Counted from the stretch's first letter, positions 40,297 through 50,937 are shown. The stretch is 64,000 nt of DNA from Aulosira sp. ZfuVER01 (GCA_034530615.2 JAVRCV020000030.1:8858-72857), one strand, 5' to 3'. Numbers and translations are program-made. The notes: generated from the sequence alone by a model not told the origin.

Positions 40297-41517
40297 CTAA
40301 TTATTCATAATCTGCTGATATAGTTCTATATATCGCTTGGCTTGTAACTCTAAAGGGTATTCTTGAAGTGCGATCGCTCGACAATTTTGACTCATGCGAT
40401 CGCACAAGCTTTTATCTTCCAATAACTCGACAATCCCATTACAAAAATCATTAGCATCTTCTGGTGTAGCTAAGTAGCCAGTAATACCGTGACGCACTAA
40501 ATCAGGAACTCCACCAATTTTGAATGAAACCATTGGCGTACCACATGCCATACTCTCTTGTAGGACAAGGGGAAGATTATCAGCGCGAGTGGGAAAAATG
40601 AACAAATCAGCCGCAGAATAGGCAATTGATTTCAGTCGATCGCTATCTACATACCCTAAATTTAGGTTTTCCATACCTACAGTATTTGAGATTGCTTCAC
40701 CTCCTTTACCAAAGGTTATTAGCATCGTTTCAGCCTTGAGAGATTCAGGTAAATTTTGGAGTGCTTTTAGTAGCAAGTCTCCACCTTTACGCGCATCCTT
40801 TAACTCTTCAGCCCCAAACATGAGAACTTTCTTATTGTTTGGGATACCGAGTACAAACCGACATTTCTCAGAGTCAAGAGGTTGATAAGCTTCTGTATCT
40901 ATACCATAGGGAATATGATGAACCGGAAATCGGTTAAGCATACTCTGCTTAACTTGCTCAGTCAGCCAATTACTGGGAGTAATAATTGATAGGTTAGAGC
41001 TGCTATAGACCCAATTTTTTAGTTTCCATTCTAAGTGAGTATTGTCTACTTTAATATTTGGATAGGTATCTGGATAAGGGCATTTACCACAGCCCGTTTT
41101 CCAGCGATCGCAGTCATAACTGTAACTACAGTGCCCCGTAAAGCTCCACATATCGTGGAGTGTAAAAACTGCTGGTTTATTTTTCGTTAGTGAGGAAATT
41201 GCTAAATAGTTGAAATATTCATTATGTAAATTGTGAAAGTTAAGAATATCTGCTTCTTTGAAGAAAGGATGCTGAGAAATATTAAAGCTACTGATATAGT
41301 TGAGGTAGTTAAGACCAAAACTCTCATTAACGTGACCGAGTAGTTTCTCGGTACGGTCTTTGCGCGGAACAGAAGCGACGCGATCGCTATTGGTTGACTT
41401 TGTACCTACTAGCAGTCGCGAGTCAATACCTTGAACCAGCAAACCTTGATGTAGTCTATAGCCTGCGATCGCTGCTCCACCAGCAATATCAGATTTGTTG
41501 ATGTGTAGAACATTCAT
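40297..41517 (-). CDS. Glycosyltransferase family 4 (WcaC-like)
   Basis: GGAAIA, TLHDMWSFTGHC...C...C..CP, RKGG and DNLPLVLQESMACG motifs. Start placed at ATG 41517. Confidence 0.9.
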   Translation of the reverse strand: MNVLHINKSDIAGGAAIAGYRLHQGLLVQGIDSRLLVGTKSTNSDRVASVPRKDRTEKLLGHVNESFGLNYLNYISSFNISQHPFFKEADILNFHNLHNEYFNYLAISSLTKNKPAVFTLHDMWSFTGHCSYSYDCDRWKTGCGKCPYPDTYPNIKVDNTHLEWKLKNWVYSSSNLSIITPSNWLTEQVKQSMLNRFPVHHIPYGIDTEAYQPLDSEKCRFVLGIPNNKKVLMFGAEELKDARKGGDLLLKALQNLPESLKAETMLITFGKGGEAISNTVGMENLNLGYVDSDRLKSIAYSAADLFIFPTRADNLPLVLQESMACGTPMVSFKIGGVPDLVRHGITGYLATPEDANDFCNGIVELLEDKSLCDRMSQNCRAIALQEYPLELQAKRYIELYQQIMNN

Positions 41518-41558
41518 AGAAAGTTGTTTTGTTTCTACTATTGAGTGTGCAGCTAGGT

Positions 41559-42500
41559 TCAAGCTTGTAAAGTGAGCTTATTTTTCACTGAAGATAAGCG
41601 CCGACGAAGCTTCATCAAGGGCTTGTCTTGTTCTCGCATTTTCTGACCTCCAAAAATATAATCAAAGCTGTGCCGATCTGCGTCTTGATGTCTAACAACA
41701 AACTGAGGATGTTTGATTTCCGTAAGTTTCGCAGTTGGCAATTTGGATCTTGGATCATCACCTACTGTATGAGCTGCATCCAGGCGATTAAAACCAAGGT
41801 TAGAAATTAGATTCTTATTGGGTGCTATGGCTAGTCCCCCTTGTGACCAACAAGCATACATCCATTGATAATCCCAAGTATCTATTACTTGAGGATCTTC
41901 ATACATTTGCTCTAATATATCTGTCCAAAATTTTTGTTCGTATGGATCTTCAAAAATGTATTCAATGAAGCCAGTTTGCTTGAAATCTGGCCAGGTCTTC
42001 ATGTAATAGTCATAGTTTTGCCAAGCTCTTCGCCAAGAAGCCCAGCCCCATCCATGCATATATTTTGAAAAGTAGTAACTGTCATCAGTTCTATCTTGGT
42101 TAACAGAGTTATCACCATTAATATGCATGATTCTTTCATCGTGGCGATAACGTTCCAGCATTGCCTCACAAAAGCTGAAGAAGGAAGGAGATGGTAATGT
42201 ATCATCTTCTAAGAAAATAGCTTCTTCAACTTGGGAAAAAACCCAGTCAAATCCACTAGCTTCTCGTCGTCCACAGCCTAAGTTTTTATCAGAAAAGTTA
42301 GTTAATACTTCACAATCCCAATCTACTTTTTGGATAACTGCTCTAGTTTTTTCACACTTTTCTAGTTCTTCAGGAAATCGAGGTCCATCGGCAATTACAA
42401 ACAGTTTTTTAGGTTTTACTTGGGCAATAGCAGCAAATACCTGTTCTGTTAAGTCGGGGCGGTTAAAGATGAGGAAGCCTATAGGGGTTGATAAAGTCAT
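41559..42500 (-). CDS. GT-A fold nucleotide-sugar transferase
   Basis: FNRPD, ADGPR, NLGC, IFLEDD, WGWASWRRAW and WDYQW motifs. Confidence 0.85.
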   Translation of the reverse strand: MTLSTPIGFLIFNRPDLTEQVFAAIAQVKPKKLFVIADGPRFPEELEKCEKTRAVIQKVDWDCEVLTNFSDKNLGCGRREASGFDWVFSQVEEAIFLEDDTLPSPSFFSFCEAMLERYRHDERIMHINGDNSVNQDRTDDSYYFSKYMHGWGWASWRRAWQNYDYYMKTWPDFKQTGFIEYIFEDPYEQKFWTDILEQMYEDPQVIDTWDYQWMYACWSQGGLAIAPNKNLISNLGFNRLDAAHTVGDDPRSKLPTAKLTEIKHPQFVVRHQDADRHSFDYIFGGQKMREQDKPLMKLRRRLSSVKNKLTLQA

Positions 42501-42506
42501 TGCTAG

Positions 42507-43553
42507 TTAGTGATTGGGAATGAACTTGATATAAAGAAATATATGCTTTACCAATTTCTTGAACTGGCGTAAATTCCACCATAAAATTAAATCTATTACC
42601 TGTCTAATAACTCTCAAAAAGTAGCCAAATTTTAAAGCTTCTCTAATCTGTGCTTGTCCAGCATCAATATTGCCTTGGGTATACAACTTCCTAGCTAGAG
42701 AAATTGCATAATTTGCAGAATTTCTCTTGGCTTTATTCAAGAAATCATCAGCCGTTTTTTTAGGTAAATATTGATATATGTATGATTGAACTATTTCGAT
42801 AGCCCTTTGTGCATCTCTAGTATTTTCAGCAGAGCTTACAGCATTTCCAGTTAAAGATGTGGAACGCATACGATAGACAGCTAACGGCTCAACTTCATAC
42901 CAAATAGGATAACGTGTAGCAATTCTGATCCACATTTCCCAATCTTCACAAGAACCACGGAAACGAGTATCAAAACCACTGACTTGTTCGTATACATCAC
43001 GCCGCACAACTATTGAAGGTGTTTGAATAGGATGATCAACAATTATTTTCTCTAACCAATTATTTAAAATGCCGGTTTCATCTTGTTCTAATCTAGAAAT
43101 ACTTTGCCAGTGACTATTATCATCTGCAAAAATATGTCGGCAAAAGGCAGCACCAATCTGTTGATTTTTTTCAAAAGCTAACTGCATCTTGCTATAGAAC
43201 CCTGAAAGAGCTAAATCATCCCCATGTAATAAATGGATTAATTTTCCACGCGATCGCTGTAAGCAAGTCTCAAAATTTTTGATGTAGCCTACGTTCTCTG
43301 GTTGGCGATAAAAACTAACGCGATCGCCTGCTAGTTCTCTCACAACAGCTTCAGGATCATCCTTTGTAGAGTGGTCATCTACTACCTCTATTTGCATTAC
43401 CTCTGGGCCTGGGTCTTGCGCTAAGACGCTAGTCAGTGTTTCGCGCAGATAGTTTGCACAGTTATAGGTGGGAATCATTACTGACCAAAGGGGACGTGGT
43501 GTTCGCTCTGGAACTGGCAGAATAGTAGCTCTATAAAGATGTCGTTCATTCAT
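42507..43553 (-). CDS. Glycosyltransferase family 2
   Basis: SVMIPTYN, VVDDHS, LHGDD and EDWEMW motifs. Confidence 0.92.
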   Translation of the reverse strand: MNERHLYRATILPVPERTPRPLWSVMIPTYNCANYLRETLTSVLAQDPGPEVMQIEVVDDHSTKDDPEAVVRELAGDRVSFYRQPENVGYIKNFETCLQRSRGKLIHLLHGDDLALSGFYSKMQLAFEKNQQIGAAFCRHIFADDNSHWQSISRLEQDETGILNNWLEKIIVDHPIQTPSIVVRRDVYEQVSGFDTRFRGSCEDWEMWIRIATRYPIWYEVEPLAVYRMRSTSLTGNAVSSAENTRDAQRAIEIVQSYIYQYLPKKTADDFLNKAKRNSANYAISLARKLYTQGNIDAGQAQIREALKFGYFLRVIRQVIDLILWWNLRQFKKLVKHIFLYIKFIPNH

Positions 43554-43558
43554 AACTG

Positions 43559-44794
43559 TTAACCCTCTACCTGTTTCAATGGAGAAATAGAATATGACGG
43601 CTTTTGACCACTGGAGATTTCCTTGTAATAGTTCACTAGCTCTTGCACTGTGCGTTCAACTGCAAATTCTTGAACTTTGGACTTTGCTGCTTGTCCAATA
43701 CCATCCAAATTAGGGTGCATCCATGCTTCATTAATTTTGGTAGCTAGTGCATTTACTTCACCTAGAGGTACAAGAAAGCCTGTCTCACCGTCGGTAAGCA
43801 ATTCTTCAAAACTTGCTCCAACTGTCCCAATGATAGATTTTCCCAATGCCATAGCTTCTAAACAAGCATTGGGCAAGTTATCAATCAAAGAGGGTAAGAC
43901 AACCAATTTAGCACCAGCAATTACAGGATAGAGCTTGCTATGAAGTATTGGATTGATGAAAATCAATCTATTTATATACTGGCTACACAGAGAACTAGCA
44001 TATTCCTTCATGGAAGAAGCTAGAGAAGATCCGGTATCTAAACCCACAAAAACAACGTGACAGTCTGGATATTTTTCTAAAACCTGGGGCAGTGCCTGAG
44101 CTAATATGTGGAATCCCTTATGAAGTTGAAAACGACCGAAGAAGAGTAAGTATTGTTTGCCCTGTAAGTTTTCATTGAATACAGAGAAATCCCAATCTGA
44201 GGTTTCTAAATAGAAAGGTGTGCGAACCACTCTAACATGAGTTATTTTTGCTTGTTCAGCCAGTAGTCGCTTCAGAGTATAACTGGGTGCATAGATGTGT
44301 TTGCTCAGACGCATCTGTAGCCATTCTAACCACTCTACAATTCGTTCATCGCGATCGCGTGGTGATTCACTCATCGCCATCCAAACTGGACGATATGCAG
44401 AAATACGTGTTACTTGTGGGATAGGTAAAAGAAGGCTTGAAACCACACCACAAGCATCCCAGTCAGGGAACTGAACAATGTCGAAAGGTTGCTGCTTGTG
44501 TAATTGTAAAAGTTTGCGATAAACCTGAAAACTAAAGTCAAGACATTTAGATGTTTGGGGTATACGGTATCGAGTTAGTTTATATAATCTTCGTTGGATT
44601 TTGCCTAAGGTTAGGCGATGAATTTGAATACCTTCGTGTTCAAATTCAGCTTGATCAATTTCTGAAAGGACAACAATATGTACTTCATGTCCTAAGGAAA
44701 CTAATGCCTTGGCAACTCGATGTAGATAGTTAGCCAAACCTCCACTAAAGTATTCTTCAGTTACATATTCTGTCGTAGCAAATCCAATACGCAT
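43559..44794 (-). CDS. Glycosyltransferase family 4
   Basis: GGLANY, FGRFQLHKG and PSLIDNLPNACLEAM motifs. Confidence 0.9.
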   Translation of the reverse strand: MRIGFATTEYVTEEYFSGGLANYLHRVAKALVSLGHEVHIVVLSEIDQAEFEHEGIQIHRLTLGKIQRRLYKLTRYRIPQTSKCLDFSFQVYRKLLQLHKQQPFDIVQFPDWDACGVVSSLLLPIPQVTRISAYRPVWMAMSESPRDRDERIVEWLEWLQMRLSKHIYAPSYTLKRLLAEQAKITHVRVVRTPFYLETSDWDFSVFNENLQGKQYLLFFGRFQLHKGFHILAQALPQVLEKYPDCHVVFVGLDTGSSLASSMKEYASSLCSQYINRLIFINPILHSKLYPVIAGAKLVVLPSLIDNLPNACLEAMALGKSIIGTVGASFEELLTDGETGFLVPLGEVNALATKINEAWMHPNLDGIGQAAKSKVQEFAVERTVQELVNYYKEISSGQKPSYSISPLKQVEG

Positions 44795-44869
44795 AGTTTC
44801 ATGACCACTTAAAATATTTTTCCTTTTAATTATGTAATTAAGCCATTAAGCCAATCAAAGAATTATTTA

Positions 44870-45997
44870 TTACTCATATTTTAATAATTTCTGAATTTCA
44901 AGTGAGAAGTTTTCCCAACTCAAATTTTCCACAGTTTTTCTAATATCAGTTTTATTTTGGAAGGCTTTCTCTATCAGATCGCATATCAGTTCACATGGGC
45001 TATCAACATCGAAAAGAAAACCATTATCACCATTATTAATTATGTCTGGAGCAAACCCAGTGTTGCTAGCAACAGGAACAACATTACACATCATTGCCTC
45101 GATCAGCGGAATTGGTCCACCTTCTAACTTGGCAGGAGATACAAATACATCCATCGCAGCATAATACTGAGGATACTCAAAATAGGCAGCTTTAATATAA
45201 GCTAAATTAGATAAAGCAATTAATTCAGAAAAATTTTCATACTGCTCCCATCCTTTTCCTAAAAGAATAAATTTTCGATGTGGCATTGATTTAACTATTT
45301 TAAAAATACGATCAGGATCTTTACGAGGATAATAAGCTGTGCAAAAACCTACGGCACCATTACCAAAACGTTCATGGGGTTGGAATATATATGGATTAGC
45401 TGCTCCCAAAACATACGTAACTTTCTGAGATTCAACTCCACAATTAATAAGATTTTTCGCAAATTCTGAGCACATAGCTATAACTTTAGTAGACTTATTC
45501 ATAATGTAACTAAAGGCTTTATCATCTATAATTCCACTTGGATGGGTATAAAAGATAAAATTTTTACTACCCCATAAAATTGGCTCCAGTTTTAGACATA
45601 CAGCAAAGTAAGAGTAATGAGCAAAAAAGTATGCTTTTGCAGGAGGTAAATATGAATTTTCTGGTAAATGCACTAAGTAATTGTTAATAGAGTGTCCAGG
45701 AAAATAAGTGTCATAAATGAAAGTAGATTTTCCGGGAAAATATAAAGCAATCTCTTTACATATTGCTTCTAATATCCATCCTCGATTTCCGTTGTCAATT
45801 ACAAATACTATGTCAAATTTATTTTCTTCATCTCTTTTATTCTGTCTCAATCGCTTTAGCAAAAAATGTATATAAGAAATTAAATATATAAATCTATATG
45901 CATTTATTCTTTTCATGAAAGAATTAAAGTGATTTCTTATATTTCCTAATAGTTTTTTTGTAATTGATTTTGATTTATCTTGAATCAAAAACATCAT
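44870..45997 (-). CDS. Glycosyltransferase family 4
   Basis: GWIL, PRKD and EGGPIPLIEAM motifs. Confidence 0.85.
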   Translation of the reverse strand: MMFLIQDKSKSITKKLLGNIRNHFNSFMKRINAYRFIYLISYIHFLLKRLRQNKRDEENKFDIVFVIDNGNRGWILEAICKEIALYFPGKSTFIYDTYFPGHSINNYLVHLPENSYLPPAKAYFFAHYSYFAVCLKLEPILWGSKNFIFYTHPSGIIDDKAFSYIMNKSTKVIAMCSEFAKNLINCGVESQKVTYVLGAANPYIFQPHERFGNGAVGFCTAYYPRKDPDRIFKIVKSMPHRKFILLGKGWEQYENFSELIALSNLAYIKAAYFEYPQYYAAMDVFVSPAKLEGGPIPLIEAMMCNVVPVASNTGFAPDIINNGDNGFLFDVDSPCELICDLIEKAFQNKTDIRKTVENLSWENFSLEIQKLLKYE

Positions 45998-46042
45998 AAT
46001 ATCGTTCCCCTTATCCTTATTTTTTATCTACAATTGCATAAT

Positions 46043-46264
46043 TAGGGCTTGCTAAATGGATATGTAAACTATTCTAACTAAGGTTTTTAAGTATTTTCTT
46101 TCTTGTCAAAAAAGTGCATGAATATTAGGATGTGAAGGCTTAAAACCCTTGTAGTTTTTTTTTGGAAATGTTGGATAAATTTAGGAACTAAGCTAAACGA
46201 CCAAACCTACCATTTTTCAACCTGTGTTCTAGCTTCTTCCTGCACACTTTTTCAACAAGCCCTA
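46043..46264. mobile_element. MITE (~220 bp, non-coding)
   Basis: Terminal inverted repeats TAGGGCTTGCTAAA / TTTCAACAAGCCCTA with TA at both ends, filling almost the whole intergenic spacer. Confidence 0.65.
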
Positions 46265-46265
46265 G

Positions 46266-46916
46266 CTATTTTTCAGCTACTAATAAAGAAGTGATATAGT
46301 AATCTTTTATTTGCCTTTTTGATAATATTTTCCAGGCAATCTTGCCCATTAATCCAGAAGTATTAAATGCTTCACTTATCAAGGGAAACAATGATATTTT
46401 ATTAATATGGTATTGTTTGATTACTCGAAAACCTACACTTTCCGTAACCTCTGCAATACTTTCGATATCAAAAAACTGCACATGTGTTCTGTCTATCCAA
46501 GTTTTGTAGATTAATTGACTCTGAAGCATTGCAGGTGTGACAGCACAATTAGGAACTGTAAGAATGATATTTTTTCGACAGACTCTGTAATATTCTTTTA
46601 ATGCTTTTTTTGGATCTTGCAAATGCTCGAGGGTCTCGAAAGAGAGTATCGTATCAATGGTATTGTCATTCCAAGCTAGTTCAGTAGCATCTGATATTGA
46701 GAAAAGATGAGGCATTTTATCCCAAGTTGGGAAAGATTGATAATCAACACCAAAAATTTGATATTTTCCAGCTAGCTCTAATACGTATGCTCCACTTCCA
46801 CAACCTACATCTAATATTGAAGTGCCTCCAAATTCTAAAATTGCATCCAATCTCTCTTGATTGATACCTCTTTCTGCATAAGAGTTATATGTTTCACTTG
46901 CTGATGACATTAGCAT
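46266..46916 (-). CDS. Class I SAM-dependent methyltransferase
   Basis: ILDVGCGSG, FETLEHL and LTVPN motifs. Confidence 0.9.
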   Translation of the reverse strand: MLMSSASETYNSYAERGINQERLDAILEFGGTSILDVGCGSGAYVLELAGKYQIFGVDYQSFPTWDKMPHLFSISDATELAWNDNTIDTILSFETLEHLQDPKKALKEYYRVCRKNIILTVPNCAVTPAMLQSQLIYKTWIDRTHVQFFDIESIAEVTESVGFRVIKQYHINKISLFPLISEAFNTSGLMGKIAWKILSKRQIKDYYITSLLVAEK

Positions 46917-46955
46917 ATTTTTCTTCCTTTTTAACTTTTGAATGTTTAACTATAA

Positions 46956-48260
46956 TTACTTTTTAAAGATATCTTGACTTGCTAAATACCAATGTCTTGG
47001 TTGATAGAAAGAACATTCGCTCATGCTATCTAGATTTTTTACTGTAAATTTAAATGATTCGATTGCATCTAAAATGTTTAATGTGCCTTGACTAATACTA
47101 ACTTTCATCGTGTACAAGCCAGGTTTTAAACAAAAGTATGGCATTTTAATTCTTATTTCATCCTCTCCTGTAATAACAGTGAATGAGGTCTCGTCAGTGT
47201 AGGTACTGAGGCGCAAAATCCTTTCACCTTCTACAGAGAGTTCATCAATTAGTAATGAAAAGCCGATATCTTGAAATTTTTTATAAGCTTTAATACCTGT
47301 ACAGAGGGTAATAGGCTGACCACTTACGGGGTTGGGAACGATATTCAAATTTTCGTCTTTAAAACATAAATAAGTTATATCCAAACCATTACTTTCATTT
47401 TGAGGTTTTTCTGGCAATGAAAATTTCCCTGGAGAGACTGTTAATTCATTTGCAAATAAACTTTCTTCATATTTTTGCATAGTTGCATAAGTATCTCCTG
47501 ATTCAACTACTTTACCCATTGAAAGAAGAATAGCTGAATTACAAGCAGACAATATTGTATTAGTGTCATGGGAGACTAATACAAAAGTTACACCTTTTTT
47601 AGACAATTGCGCTAATCTACGATAGCATTTTGCCCTAAATTTCATGTCTCCTACTGCCAATACTTCATCAATTAGAAGAATATCCGGTTCTGTATGAATT
47701 GCACTGGCAAACCCTAACCTTGCAGCCATTCCAGAACTATAGCTCTGCACTGGTGAATCAATTGCATCACCAATTTCTGCAAAATCTATAACCTCATCAA
47801 ATCGCTGATCAATTTCCTTTTTTGATAAACCCAAAATTGACATATTGGCATAAATATTTTCTCTTCCTGTCAAAATAGGGTTAAATCCTGCTCCTAGTGC
47901 AATTAATGGTGCTACTCTACCATTAACTTCCACATAACCAGTATCTGGCTTAATCAAACCTGCAATAATCCTGAGTAGGGTCGATTTACCACTACCATTT
48001 TTACCAATTAAGCCGAGTGCTTCTCCTCGCCGTAATTGAAAACTTACATTGTCCAACGCCCAAAATTCTTTTTTGCGCAGCTTATCGCTCTTATAACGTA
48101 TCCCTAATAATTCAGAGGCTATATCCTGAACGCCATACATCAAAGAGCGCTTCAAATCCCGACAAAACTTTTTAGAAACTCCATTAACTGAAAGCACAAT
48201 ATCATTTTCATTATTCTGTGGCTTTAGTGCCATTTCTTGCTCATTGATGCTAATCGTCAT
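46956..48260 (-). CDS. wzt: Polysaccharide ABC exporter ATPase with C-terminal Wzt_C-like domain
   Basis: FWALDNVSF, GKNGSGKST, YSSGMAARLGF and DEVLAVGD motifs, plus a ~150-aa beta-rich C-terminal extension. Confidence 0.93.
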   Translation of the reverse strand: MTISINEQEMALKPQNNENDIVLSVNGVSKKFCRDLKRSLMYGVQDIASELLGIRYKSDKLRKKEFWALDNVSFQLRRGEALGLIGKNGSGKSTLLRIIAGLIKPDTGYVEVNGRVAPLIALGAGFNPILTGRENIYANMSILGLSKKEIDQRFDEVIDFAEIGDAIDSPVQSYSSGMAARLGFASAIHTEPDILLIDEVLAVGDMKFRAKCYRRLAQLSKKGVTFVLVSHDTNTILSACNSAILLSMGKVVESGDTYATMQKYEESLFANELTVSPGKFSLPEKPQNESNGLDITYLCFKDENLNIVPNPVSGQPITLCTGIKAYKKFQDIGFSLLIDELSVEGERILRLSTYTDETSFTVITGEDEIRIKMPYFCLKPGLYTMKVSISQGTLNILDAIESFKFTVKNLDSMSECSFYQPRHWYLASQDIFKK

Positions 48261-49114
48261 TATGAACTAATCCTCTCGATTACAAAGGGCATTGCAAGAC
48301 GATAAATGACCCAAGCTACTAGCAATCCTAATATTGCAATTAGACTTGCTATCCAAAATCCTTGCGGGTCTGATATAACACCTGTTGTTGCTAATTCTCG
48401 TGTCGTTACTAACAGTGGAGTAACAGGATTTAGCTTCACAATACTGCCAAATGCTCCATCGCTGGGAACTGGATAAACAACTGGTGTAAGGAACAACCAA
48501 AATCCAGTAATCAATGTTAATCCTTTGGTAACATCCTGGTATAAAGCACCCATTGGGGATAACAATAAACCTATAAATGTTCCTAGCAATATTAAATGTA
48601 TTAATGCTACTGGCGCTAGAATTACACTTAAAGTTACGGGAATTTTGAACCAGATAAATAAGCCTACAATTAATATGAGCTTGATTCCAAAGTTAAAAAA
48701 TACTTCTCCTAATTTGGCAACAATCAATGCTTCGTGAGGGAAGTTAATTCTTGTCAACATTGCTTTAGCTGCTGTTACTGCTTGTACTGGGCCATTTAAT
48801 GCTTCAATAAAAGTCTGCCACAGCGACATACTGAACATAACATAAGCTGCATAGGGTAATTCTGTATTACCAATGTTGACAATACCATTACTTTTCGCAA
48901 GTGTAAAACCAGCTGCTGTAATTACTGGCGGGATAAATGCCCAGAAAATTCCTAGTAACGATTGACGGTATTGAGCACTGATATCACGAATTAACAACCG
49001 CCAAGCTAATTCTCGCGATGCTAGTAAATCCCGCCCCATTTCTCGAAATAATTGTAGCGGATGTCTTATTCGACTTTCAGGTCGATACACAACTCTGGTT
49101 TTTTTCAGCATCAT
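48260..49114 (-). CDS. wzm: Polysaccharide ABC exporter permease
   Basis: RDISAQYRQSLLGIFWAF, FLTPVVYP and LNPV motifs; its stop codon overlaps the wzt start. Confidence 0.93.
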   Translation of the reverse strand: MMLKKTRVVYRPESRIRHPLQLFREMGRDLLASRELAWRLLIRDISAQYRQSLLGIFWAFIPPVITAAGFTLAKSNGIVNIGNTELPYAAYVMFSMSLWQTFIEALNGPVQAVTAAKAMLTRINFPHEALIVAKLGEVFFNFGIKLILIVGLFIWFKIPVTLSVILAPVALIHLILLGTFIGLLLSPMGALYQDVTKGLTLITGFWLFLTPVVYPVPSDGAFGSIVKLNPVTPLLVTTRELATTGVISDPQGFWIASLIAILGLLVAWVIYRLAMPFVIERISS

Positions 49115-49358
49115 TACAGATTCATAATTTATGGGGCAAATTAATATTTATCTCCTGCCAGAAAGTAAAATAGCTTTCTGCACCTGTGAGAAGGTGTTCC
49201 GATAATGTAATGAGATTTGATGTTTAAGTTGATCTGGTTACATTAGCTTGATTGCAAATCACTTGCAACTTCTAGGCTTTGTACTATTTACAGAAAAATA
49301 TGTCTTTTGGCAGTTACGCAAACATGCTTTCTCAATCTCTAGTACGATTAACGAGGAC

Positions 49359-50129
49359 TTATGCAACACGGTTTGATGAAAGTAGTTGCTTGGTTGCTAA
49401 CCACATAAAAGGTGGAATTGTTTTAATATAACGACTCCAAAGACGGCGCGGTTCTTGAATCCAGCGATAAAACCATTCAAATCCTAATTCTCTAACTATG
49501 CGGGGTGCGCGCTTATGGATTCCTGCATAAACTGGGAAAACTCCTCCCATCCCTAGCATGACTGCCTGAATTTTACCTTTATGCTGCGCTATCCAATTTT
49601 CTTGTTTGGGACAACCTAGAGATACAAATACTAAACCCGCACCACTAGAATTAACTTTATTAATCAGTTCTGCATCTTCACTCTCAGTCAATGGACGAAA
49701 GGGCAAAGGTTCCATCGCTGCTATTTTCAGCTTCGGAAATTCTTGCTCTAGCCTTTTTCGCATTCTAGAAAGGATTTCTGTTTGCGAACCAAGAAAGAAA
49801 ACACTCACATTTTGTATTTGAGCTAGCTGACATAATCCTTGTAAGATATCCATCCCTGCTACGCGATCTTGGTAACGCGCACCCATCCGCCGCATCATCC
49901 AAACAAGAGGCATACCATCAGGAGTGACGACATCTGCATTTTGTAATACACTTGCAAACTCTGGATTCCAGTGAGCCTCCATCAGCATGTGTACGTTAGC
50001 TACGCATACTGTTCTACTTTCGCGGGCGATCGCCCATCTCATTATTGTTTGGATCTGATCTTCAAAGCGTAAAGCAGTAATGGGAAAATCCAGAACTTTT
50101 TGTTTAGGCAGAAATGTTATTTCTCCCAT
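49359..50129 (-). CDS. WecB/TagA/CpsF-family glycosyltransferase (GT26)
   Basis: VANVH, PDGMPLVW, RVAGMD, LGCPKQE, RAP and EWFYRWIQEPRRLW motifs. ATG at 50129 behind a GGAGG Shine-Dalgarno. Confidence 0.93.
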   Translation of the reverse strand: MGEITFLPKQKVLDFPITALRFEDQIQTIMRWAIARESRTVCVANVHMLMEAHWNPEFASVLQNADVVTPDGMPLVWMMRRMGARYQDRVAGMDILQGLCQLAQIQNVSVFFLGSQTEILSRMRKRLEQEFPKLKIAAMEPLPFRPLTESEDAELINKVNSSGAGLVFVSLGCPKQENWIAQHKGKIQAVMLGMGGVFPVYAGIHKRAPRIVRELGFEWFYRWIQEPRRLWSRYIKTIPPFMWLATKQLLSSNRVA

Positions 50130-50832
50130 CAATCCCTCCTGTGTCAAAGACAAAAATCATCAACATCAACTAGTACATTGCCAACTGTCTAACAATTAGG
50201 TGGTACTATTGCTGACTTTTTTCTAAGCTTTTGGCATGGTCTGACTCACACACATGGAGATGCAATAGTTTTATCAGTAAATTTCTGGGAACCCTGGTAT
50301 TTTTCAAACATCTGACCACCGTATATTAGTTTACAAGCTGAACTGAGGCTTTTCCCAAACGTGTGTACAAACTTCATGGTTACTTCATAATTAGTTTGTC
50401 TCTTCTTCATGCAATCTTCATGATTATTGTAAATCTACTTAACTTAATAAAATTTTGTAGTAACTATATAGTTATTTCGTGAAGTAAAAATATAAACAGT
50501 CAAGCTACTACCATCTGATATGCAAAAGTATGAAATCAAAAGCTTTGCTCAAAATAAAAGTAGAAACAGATGAAATACTGGTTAATGAGTATACTTCGTA
50601 TAAAAGTAGATATTTGTGAATGGCATTAAATCTGGTTGTTTACCTAATAATTATTAGACGATTAACCATTTCTGTTTACAGAAGCGTTGATACTAAGTAA
50701 TGAGTTGCTATAGATAAACCAAGATGTAGTTGTAAGCATCTGTGGTTCCAAACTCTCAAGTTATTTTTTGTACAGAAATTAAAATCAAATTACGATGGGA
50801 CCCAAAGACGTTATTGCATAGTGAGAGTTCCT

Positions 50833-50937
50833 CTAGTCCAAGAAGTCAGAAGGCAGATGGCAGAAGGAAAAAAAGATTTTTTTATAGGCTTTTTAAGCTT
50901 TTGCAACTGGATAGTTATATCCACTGCGCTGTACTAG
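50833..50937. repeat. CTAG-bounded dispersed repeat element
   Basis: Runs from CTAGT through a heptamer-like tract (CAGAAGG CAGATGG CAGAAGG) to GCTGTACTAG. The same 3' end occurs at 61172-61181. Confidence 0.45.

Noticed and set aside
22036..50129. Identification as the heterocyst envelope polysaccharide (HEP) island
   Set aside because: No HepA-type fused ABC transporter or HepC-type transferase was recognised.
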